This document shows positions 10,515 to 18,332 of a DNA stretch of 64,000 nt, piece after piece. Each line of letters opens with the position of its first letter. Within the stretch, counting starts at the first letter, position 1. Position numbers and translations under genes: made by a program. The stretch comes from an uncultured Candidatus Sumerlaeota bacterium (GTDB lineage: Bacteria; CAYMEV01). Location: assembly GCA_964389675.1 (NCBI GenBank), contig CAYMEV010000015.1, positions 1 to 64,000 on the forward strand. The letters run 5' to 3'. A model generated the notes under the pieces. That model had not been told where the DNA came from. It saw only the letters and a program-made list of their open reading frames with translations, and made no database searches.

Positions 10515-10592
10515 TGAGAAACCCTTTCAAACTCAAAAAAAACTAATAATGTGATACTAATAACATTTTATTTGATTTTAGTCAAATGATAT

Positions 10593-11912
10593 TTATTTTT
10601 TTTTGGCCCTTTCTTTAAAGATGAGGTCTATATAGACACCATCAAGGTTATATTCACTTCTAAGCCGGCTTATAATATACCTTTCAAAATTTGTTTTTAC
10701 CTGCTTTGGGAAATTCGTCCATAATATGAATCTATGCGGTTTTATTCCGACATTTGCTGAATAATATACCTTGACATTACCTTTGGGAACAGTGCTTCCA
10801 TGCGATTGAGAGGACATAAGGGTGCCTAGAAATGCATTCAGCCTTGCTGTAGCTATCCTTTTGGAACTTGTTTCGTTAATTATGTCTATCTTATTAAAAA
10901 TATGTGTTATTCTGCTTTTATTTTTTGCAGAAAAGCTTATCACAGGGAATTTTCCCCAGTTTGAAACCCTTTCATATAAATCGTCCTGAAATCTCTTAAA
11001 GGTCATGGTATCTTTTTCAATCAGGTCCCATTTATTCAGTCCGAGCATAAGGTTTTTCCGCTTTTTTTCAACAATGTTTATTATCTTATGGTCCTGATTT
11101 GTAAAACCCTCACTGCTGTCAATCATGATCATGACTATATCACTGTTTTCTATGCTGCTTATTGTCGAACTGTTGAACAAGCCCTCTATGCCATCCTTGA
11201 CACGGCTTTTTTTTCTCAGTCCTGATGTATCTATGAATATATAAGGTTTCCTGTAATAATATACCATTGTATCTACTGAATCTCTTGTGGTTCCGGGTAT
11301 TTCACTGACAATCAGTCTTTCTTTGTTAAGCAATGCATTAATATAGGTGCTTTTGCCCACATTAGGCTTTCCTACTATACATATTTTAGGTATGTCTTTT
11401 ATGGGAATACTGTTATAAATGCTCTTTGGAATATAGGCAGCTATCTCCTTTTCCAGCTTTCCTATATTGATATTGTGAATAGCTGATATGGTTATGAAAG
11501 CGGTTATTCCACTTCTGAAAAAGTCATACAGCTGTTCTTCCCTGTGTTTATTATCAACCTTATTGATAATAACTATATAATCTTTCCCACTTTTTCTGAC
11601 CATCTCCAGTATTTCGATATCCAGTGGCAAAAGTTCATTTACATCGAGTAGAAAGAGAATCAGGTCTGATTCTTCAAAGGCATATAATGCCTGCTTGGTT
11701 ATCATACTCTGAATTGAATCCTTTTTTGAGAATATTATCCCTCCGGTATCAATAAGCTCTAAATGACTATCTTCAATTGCAATTATTTTTGATTTTCTGT
11801 CTCTTGTTATCCCATACTCCTCGTGTACGACAGCTGCCTTGCTTTTTGACAGCCTGTTAAAAAGGGTTGATTTGCCGACATTTGGCCTGCCAATAATCGA
11901 TACTGTAAACAA
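10593..11912 (-). CDS. der: Ribosome biogenesis GTPase Der (EngA)
   Basis: Two G domains (GRPNVGKS/DTGG/NKVD and GKPNVGKS/DTSG/NKWD) plus a KH-like C-terminus. TTG start. Confidence 0.95.
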   Translation of the reverse strand: MFTVSIIGRPNVGKSTLFNRLSKSKAAVVHEEYGITRDRKSKIIAIEDSHLELIDTGGIIFSKKDSIQSMITKQALYAFEESDLILFLLDVNELLPLDIEILEMVRKSGKDYIVIINKVDNKHREEQLYDFFRSGITAFITISAIHNINIGKLEKEIAAYIPKSIYNSIPIKDIPKICIVGKPNVGKSTYINALLNKERLIVSEIPGTTRDSVDTMVYYYRKPYIFIDTSGLRKKSRVKDGIEGLFNSSTISSIENSDIVMIMIDSSEGFTNQDHKIINIVEKKRKNLMLGLNKWDLIEKDTMTFKRFQDDLYERVSNWGKFPVISFSAKNKSRITHIFNKIDIINETSSKRIATARLNAFLGTLMSSQSHGSTVPKGNVKVYYSANVGIKPHRFILWTNFPKQVKTNFERYIISRLRSEYNLDGVYIDLIFKERAKKK

Positions 11913-11913
11913 A

Positions 11914-13263
11914 CTAGGTTCTCCTTAACCGTTTTTTAAGAATGGTCATTAATGATCCTGCATCGCTTCCTGTAAATCTTATTTTATTATTGAAATCTTC
12001 TATATCATATTTAGAGAAGTTATCAATAGTAATATTTTCATTGTTAAGGATTATATCAGGTATAAGGACCTGCTCTGCCTTGCTTTCCAGTATGAATTCA
12101 CGCATATCACTGTAGGTCAGCAGGCCTGCGACATTAACGCTTTCCCCGAAGAACAGATTATCAACAGCTTTAATTTCTACAGAATCATCAAAAATTCTGT
12201 TCCATTTGCTTATTAATCTTTTCAAAACGGGATAAAACCCAAGCCCCGTAAGAATACACAGTTTTCCTCTTTTTCTGTCTGCTTTTAATCTGCTGTTTAA
12301 GGAATAAAGCCTGTTATTGAACTCATCTGTAAATATTCTTACCAGGCCCACTCCGTTGGATATCTGGCTGAAGTCCTCATAATAGTCAGCCCCCGGGATA
12401 TTTCCCCCGGTCTTTAGAAAAAACTCATCTGACATAAACACAAACCTTGTACCGATTTTTTTAAGCAGAAATCTATTCCATTTCTTTATCTGCCTTTGGA
12501 TATTTCTAATTTCCTGGTCACTGAATGCCCGGATAGGGTATAGATTATCCCTGTATTTTGTAAGGCCGACAGGTACAACAGCCAGGGATTTGAGATACGG
12601 ATACATCCCATACAGCTCCTCAATACTTTTATCAAGTAATTTTTTATCATTGACATCAGGTACAAGCACAATCTGTCCATGGAATATGATCTTTCTCTTC
12701 TTCAGCATTTTTAATTTCTCAATTACAGGTATTTTCTCCTTTCTGCCAAGGATATGTTCCCTGCATTTTTGATCAGTTGAATGGATTGAAATATAAATGG
12801 GGTATGTCTTAAATCTGTATATATATCCGATTGTTTCTTCATCCAGGTCGGATGCAGTTATATAGGCACCGAAAAGAAATGACTGCCTTATATCCTCATC
12901 TTTTATGTAAAGTGTGCTTCTGTAACCCTTCGGCATCTGGTCTACGAAACAGAATATGCATTTATTCCTGCACCTGTTTACCCGGATATTGAAATAGATT
13001 CCTGAAGGTGCGTATTTATCCTTATTTATTATCTTTTTAATCTTAAGGCCATTCCTTAAGATTATAAGCTCAAGCCTTTTTACCTGTTCATAAAAAGCAA
13101 AATCAAGATCGTAATATACCTTTCTTCCATTGCAGAAGAGTATTATATCTCCAATTTCTATTCCGGATTTTTGAGCTTCAGAACCGGGCTCAAGGCCGGA
13201 TACGACCAGTCTGTTATTCAGCATGCTAAAAAAATGGGGCTTAAGCCCCATTTTTTTATTCAA
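11914..13263 (-). CDS. PDZ-containing radical-SAM-like FeS protein (DUF512 family)
   Basis: N-terminal PDZ-like segment, CRNKCIFCFVDQMPKGYRSTLYIKDED, VVPVGLTKYR, NGVGL. Confidence 0.88.
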   Translation of the reverse strand: MNKKMGLKPHFFSMLNNRLVVSGLEPGSEAQKSGIEIGDIILFCNGRKVYYDLDFAFYEQVKRLELIILRNGLKIKKIINKDKYAPSGIYFNIRVNRCRNKCIFCFVDQMPKGYRSTLYIKDEDIRQSFLFGAYITASDLDEETIGYIYRFKTYPIYISIHSTDQKCREHILGRKEKIPVIEKLKMLKKRKIIFHGQIVLVPDVNDKKLLDKSIEELYGMYPYLKSLAVVPVGLTKYRDNLYPIRAFSDQEIRNIQRQIKKWNRFLLKKIGTRFVFMSDEFFLKTGGNIPGADYYEDFSQISNGVGLVRIFTDEFNNRLYSLNSRLKADRKRGKLCILTGLGFYPVLKRLISKWNRIFDDSVEIKAVDNLFFGESVNVAGLLTYSDMREFILESKAEQVLIPDIILNNENITIDNFSKYDIEDFNNKIRFTGSDAGSLMTILKKRLRRT

Positions 13264-14134
13264 CTATATCTTTCTGCCTGAATGGACCACCTGATATGAC
13301 TTCACAAACAGCCATATTATCCATAACATTTATTACACGGATCTTTCCTACATCCTCTTTAACTGATCCGAGGCTCTGGCCTGTTTCAGGATCAATAATC
13401 TCCTCTACATTCCTTTTTACTGTAAATGTATCACCAACCTTAACACCCTTGCTGGTACCCGCATTAATATAAATCTGGTTATTTGACACCTTTGCAATCA
13501 TGTGGGAGGCTGATTGAATCGCCCCTGAACCAGACTGGCTGAACCTGTCTGATTTAATTATCTTTTCTGCAATATCATCAATAGCTCCCTCAAGTATATC
13601 TTCTGCCAGTCCCCTGTCAAAATCAACTCCTCCTCCGGCTCCCATGACATAAACCTTTGAGAAGGTTTTATCTGAACTTGCTTCATCTGTAAATACTATC
13701 TCTCCGGTAGTTGTATTGAATGCTCTGACATGCAGGGTTGTTTCAGCAATGGTCTTCTTCGCAGAACCAACAATAAAGGATACATTCTTATTTTCCATTG
13801 AGAATTTTGTTATTGTACCAGTGATAAGATAGTCAACACCCAGAAGCTTTCCAATTCTTGCAGCGCTTTCAGGGGTAACATTGCCGGAAACACCCAGGTT
13901 CTGCTCCTTAAGCACTTCATTGAGCCTGTCTCTCTCCATCACAGAGAATTTACCGCTTTTTACAAGCTGGGTAACAAGCATATTTGGGGCTACATCATCA
14001 AGGTGGCCTACCCACCAGCCCGATCTGTTGTCAAATGTAATTACTGCAACTCTTGGTTTTGCAAATGACAAAACAGAGGCAGAGATAAGCAAAAACAGGA
14101 AAATAAACATTGCTTTTTTTGAAAATGCTGTCAT
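13256..14134 (-). CDS. CsgG/HfaB-family secreted protein with C-terminal FlgT-like beta domain
   Basis: Signal peptide, PRVAVITF, FSVMERDRLNEVLKEQNL, IGKLLGVDYLITGTIT. C-terminal IYINAG...GVKVGD...IIDPETG. Confidence 0.8.
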   Translation of the reverse strand: MTAFSKKAMFIFLFLLISASVLSFAKPRVAVITFDNRSGWWVGHLDDVAPNMLVTQLVKSGKFSVMERDRLNEVLKEQNLGVSGNVTPESAARIGKLLGVDYLITGTITKFSMENKNVSFIVGSAKKTIAETTLHVRAFNTTTGEIVFTDEASSDKTFSKVYVMGAGGGVDFDRGLAEDILEGAIDDIAEKIIKSDRFSQSGSGAIQSASHMIAKVSNNQIYINAGTSKGVKVGDTFTVKRNVEEIIDPETGQSLGSVKEDVGKIRVINVMDNMAVCEVISGGPFRQKDIVE

Positions 14135-14291
14135 TTAAATAACTCCTTTTTATTTTTTCTAATTCGGTTTACATAATCGTTCATAATGCATAATTTGTTG
14201 CTATTAAACCATTAAATTTTTATGCCTTTTAATATATAATATATTTAATTTATAATTTGTCAAAATAGATATTATGAGTAGAATATGACTC

Positions 14292-16172
14292 ATGGAAAAC
14301 ACTGGATCAGCCTCCATAAATGATAAGATTCTTGACAGCTGCCTTGCTTTTAACCTGATAAAGGACCGGGACCATTTCAGCTCAGACAGTGAATTTTTCG
14401 AAAAGATCATGTCTCATTACAATCGCATTTACCAGTCTACAGGTCTTCATTTCATAATATTCACCATCAGTAACAGCTTTGATACCTCTATACAGGTCTC
14501 TTCTGAAAACTGCAATATTGACATAATGAGAAAAACATTTCTGAACATTAATCCTGCTAAAATAAAAGAACTCTTCTATTCTGATCTAAACACCCTATCT
14601 TATCCCCTTGACAACAACAGGACATTCCTCATTGCAAAGCTTTTTTCAGACAGTCAGGAATGCATTTATATGGGGATATACAGTTCAGAACCCAGGGATA
14701 TCACAAGCTTTGAATTTTCCGGGATATCTGAGTCCCTTTCTATTGTAAAAAACAAGCTGTATACTCATAAGGAGATTCTGCATATAAGGAACGAGAATAA
14801 GAATCTCAGGTTCTCAGTAAACCTCCTGAAGGTGACAAATCAGATAAACGAATTTCTTATCAACTCAATGGATGAAGAAGATATATATTCAATACTTTTA
14901 CTGGGAATAACTGCAGGCCAGGGACTTGGTTTCAACAGGTGTTTCATTTTTAAGCTTAATAATCAGAAGGATGCTCTGGTCGGTGAAAGGGCAATTGGCC
15001 CTCTTGACCCTTTTGAGGCCCATACAACATGGGAAAGGGTTGAAAAGCAGTATGCAAGCTTCAGGGAAATCCTTGCCAGCTTCAGAAGTACCGATATTGT
15101 CGAGATACGTTCGAACAAGCTTATCAAAAGGATATCTATACCTGTAAAGAATGATATCTATAACCCGTTTCTTGATATATTTCATTATTCCCAGCCCATG
15201 TTTATACAGTTTATTGATCCTTTTTACCGTTTTGCCAAAGATTTTTTTGATCTTACAGGTATTAGTTCATTCGTGGCCTATCCCATTAAATCCACTCAGG
15301 AAGAAATAGGGATTATAATAGCTGATAATAAATTTACCAACAAATTTCCCTCAAATGACGAACTGCAGCTTCTTCAGACAATAATACTTCAGGCTTCAGC
15401 AATAATCCAGAATGTCAGACTCTATGACCAGCTTTCTCAGAAGATGGAATCAATAAAATCAGCTCAGAAAGAGATCAATGAAAACAGAGAAAAACTGCAT
15501 AAAGCAGAAAAATACTCCATTGCAGGTGAAATATTGGAAAAGATCGCCCATACTATAAAAAATCCGCTTGTTACTATAGGTGGGTTTTCAAGAAGCCTTC
15601 AAAAGCCCAATATTTCACCCCAGAAGAGAAAGAAATATGCCGAGATACTCCTTAAGGAGGTTCAAAGAATTGAGAAGATACTGGAAGATGTTCTCAATTT
15701 TTCAAAGGAAACAGCTCCAGTGCTGAACCTGGAGGATATAAACTCTATCATAAGGGAGTCGCTGAATATACTTGCTGATGAGATAAACCATGAGAACGCA
15801 ATGATATCATTAGAATTAAACAATCTTCTTCCAAAAATACCTGTAGACAAAAGCCAGATAACACAGGTACTTATTAATATTATAAGGAATGCCTTTTATG
15901 CTGCAAAAAAAATGGGGAAAATCCCTGAGATCAATGTTGAAAGTCTAAAGTCCGGGGATTTTGTCGTAATCTCCATTGCTGACAATGGTATTGGGATACC
16001 GGAGGAGGATATCGACAAGCTGTTCAATGCATTTTTCTCAACAAAAGAGATAGGGACAGGCCTTGGCTTAACAATCAGCGGTCAGATCATAAAAAATCAC
16101 AAGGGGCATCTGACTGTAAAAAGCGAGCCGAATAAGGGTTCAACCTTTAATATACACCTTCCTATTGAATAA
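14292..16172 (+). CDS. GAF-domain sensor histidine kinase (NtrB-like HisKA/HATPase)
   Basis: GAF (GLGFNR...IGIIIADN), H-box IAHTIKNPL, N-box QVLINIIRNA, G1 DNGIGI, F/G2 FFSTKEIGTGLGL. Confidence 0.9.
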   Translation: MENTGSASINDKILDSCLAFNLIKDRDHFSSDSEFFEKIMSHYNRIYQSTGLHFIIFTISNSFDTSIQVSSENCNIDIMRKTFLNINPAKIKELFYSDLNTLSYPLDNNRTFLIAKLFSDSQECIYMGIYSSEPRDITSFEFSGISESLSIVKNKLYTHKEILHIRNENKNLRFSVNLLKVTNQINEFLINSMDEEDIYSILLLGITAGQGLGFNRCFIFKLNNQKDALVGERAIGPLDPFEAHTTWERVEKQYASFREILASFRSTDIVEIRSNKLIKRISIPVKNDIYNPFLDIFHYSQPMFIQFIDPFYRFAKDFFDLTGISSFVAYPIKSTQEEIGIIIADNKFTNKFPSNDELQLLQTIILQASAIIQNVRLYDQLSQKMESIKSAQKEINENREKLHKAEKYSIAGEILEKIAHTIKNPLVTIGGFSRSLQKPNISPQKRKKYAEILLKEVQRIEKILEDVLNFSKETAPVLNLEDINSIIRESLNILADEINHENAMISLELNNLLPKIPVDKSQITQVLINIIRNAFYAAKKMGKIPEINVESLKSGDFVVISIADNGIGIPEEDIDKLFNAFFSTKEIGTGLGLTISGQIIKNHKGHLTVKSEPNKGSTFNIHLPIE

Positions 16173-16194
16173 TTGAGTCTTTGGGAATATGGTA

Positions 16195-17376
16195 TCAAAC
16201 AGACGATGAGCTTAATACTTCCTCCAAAGTGACCAGGCCATTCAGGGCTTTCTTAATTCCATCCTGAAGCAGCTGCACCATTCCGCCCTTTCTTGCTGCA
16301 TTTCTTATATCCGCTTCAGATGCCCGTTTTATAATCATTTCCCTTATAGAATCATTTACCATCATTAATTCAAAAATACCTATTCTCCCCTTTGTACCCT
16401 TATAATTACAGTATTCACAGCCTCTTCCCCTGAAGAAAGAAATCTCACTGGCATTAAACTGAATTCCAAATTTCTCAAGATAATCAGAAGATACTGAATA
16501 TTCCTCCTTGCACCTGTCACAGATCTTCCTTATAAGCCTTTGAGCTAATACACCAATAACAGAAGCAGAGATAAGAAAAGGTTCAACACCCATATCCATC
16601 AGCCTTGTTATGGTCGCAGGGGCATTGTTTGTATGCAGGGTCGAGAACACCAGATGCCCGGTAAGTGCTCCCTGGATTGCTATATTAACTGTTTCAAGAT
16701 CCCTCATTTCACCTACCATTATAATATCGGGGTCCTGCCTTAGAATTGACCTTAAGCCGGCTGAGAAAGAAAAGCCTGCTTTTGGATTAATCTGCCCCTG
16801 GTCAATACCCTCAAGCTGGTATTCAACAGGATCCTCCAGAGTGACAATATTTTTTTCCACATCCTTTATCGCATTCAATGATGAATATAATGTCGACGTT
16901 TTCCCGCTTCCTGTTGGCCCGGTCACCAGGACCATGCCATTTGGCCTGTAGATGATCTGGTTCCATTTTTCAAGCATATCAGGATCAAAACCGAGGTCAG
17001 AAAGCTCGATCTTCATCTGGGATTCATCCAGAAGCCGGATAACGATCTTTTCACCTTTTACAGTCGGGAAAGATGATACCCTGAAGTCTATATTCCTTCC
17101 CATAACCTTGACCCGGAACCTGCCGTCCTGCGGAATCCTTTTTTCAGCAATATCCATTTTGGAGAGAATCTTCAGCCTTGAGATAATTGCAGGTTCAATA
17201 GATTTAGGCAGTCTGTCCTTTTCAACGAGCTTACCATCTATCCTCATCCTCAACCATAAATAATCATCCTTCGGTCCGAAGTGTATATCTGAAGCCTGCT
17301 CCTGTATGGCCATGGACATTATCTGTTCAACAATTTTCGGTGCATTTGCCTGATTTTCATATATATTATTATCCAT
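16195..17376 (-). CDS. GspE/PilB-family secretion/pilus ATPase lacking the N-terminal domain
   Basis: ASDIH, MDIAEKRIPQDG, Walker A GPTGSGKT, LEDPVE, LRQDPDIIMVGEMRD, GHLVFSTLHTN and tetracysteine CDRC/CEYC. Only 393 aa. Confidence 0.92.
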   Translation of the reverse strand: MDNNIYENQANAPKIVEQIMSMAIQEQASDIHFGPKDDYLWLRMRIDGKLVEKDRLPKSIEPAIISRLKILSKMDIAEKRIPQDGRFRVKVMGRNIDFRVSSFPTVKGEKIVIRLLDESQMKIELSDLGFDPDMLEKWNQIIYRPNGMVLVTGPTGSGKTSTLYSSLNAIKDVEKNIVTLEDPVEYQLEGIDQGQINPKAGFSFSAGLRSILRQDPDIIMVGEMRDLETVNIAIQGALTGHLVFSTLHTNNAPATITRLMDMGVEPFLISASVIGVLAQRLIRKICDRCKEEYSVSSDYLEKFGIQFNASEISFFRGRGCEYCNYKGTKGRIGIFELMMVNDSIREMIIKRASEADIRNAARKGGMVQLLQDGIKKALNGLVTLEEVLSSSSV

Positions 17377-17379
17377 CCG

Positions 17380-18309
17380 CTAATTACCTTCTGAATTTAT
17401 TTCTTCCAGAAACCTCTTTGCAATCTTATTCTTTGGATCAGATTCAAGAACCTTACTGAACTCTCTTTCTGCTTCCTCATGCTTTCCAATTTCTTTGTAG
17501 CTCATAGCAAGATGCAGTCTTGACAGCACAAATTCCTTATTCACTGACAGGCAGCCTAAAAATGAATCTATAGCGCTCTGATAATCTTTAAGCTCCATGT
17601 AGCATACCCCCAATATATGCATAACATCAGCATATTTTGGTTTATACTGAAGATATTTCTGAAGCTCCGGGACTGCCTCTTTATATCTCTGTTTATTAAA
17701 GAGTTCTATTCCAAGCCTCAAATAAAGGCTGGTATAGTCATCCTTATTCTGCATTATATCCCTCAGCATCTGGAAAATCTGCTCCTTATTTCTTTCTCCA
17801 AGCCTTTTTTTCAGGCCTGCTACCAGTTCTTCTTCTTTTCCCTCAGCAAGTCTCCCGAGCCTTTCGGTCTCTTTTTCGGCTTCATCATACTGTTCCTCTG
17901 TCACATAAAGCCTTATAAGATTCAATATAGCATCCTTATAATTTGGATTTATATCAAGTGCTTTCATAAGATGCTCTTTGGCGGAATACAGGTCTTTAAG
18001 CGAAATTTTCAAGCTGGCTATGGAGTTATGTATATCAGGAAAAGCAGGTGCAATTTCATTAATACTGGAATATATATCTAATGCTTCTGTAAGATTACCA
18101 TTCTGCTCCAGCTTCTTTGCATGCCTTATACCTGATTTGGAGAAAATAGAGAGGGCAAGTTTATAGGACAGGCTGTCCATTTTGCTCTGCTTAGCCACAA
18201 TATCCCTTAACATATTATATGCTTCCTCAAATTCTCCAAGCTGAAGCTTTAATGCTGCAATATCAATTTTTTGATCTTCAGAAAAATTTAAGAGCCTTTT
18301 AAAAAACAC
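17380..18309 (-). CDS. TPR repeat protein
   Basis: GTG start with AAGGAG RBS. Multiple 34-aa TPRs (PAFPDIHN, PNYKDA, PKYADVMHILG). Confidence 0.85.
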   Translation of the reverse strand: MFFKRLLNFSEDQKIDIAALKLQLGEFEEAYNMLRDIVAKQSKMDSLSYKLALSIFSKSGIRHAKKLEQNGNLTEALDIYSSINEIAPAFPDIHNSIASLKISLKDLYSAKEHLMKALDINPNYKDAILNLIRLYVTEEQYDEAEKETERLGRLAEGKEEELVAGLKKRLGERNKEQIFQMLRDIMQNKDDYTSLYLRLGIELFNKQRYKEAVPELQKYLQYKPKYADVMHILGVCYMELKDYQSAIDSFLGCLSVNKEFVLSRLHLAMSYKEIGKHEEAEREFSKVLESDPKNKIAKRFLEEINSEGN

Positions 18310-18332
18310 TATAGAGCTCCTTTCTCAAGTAT

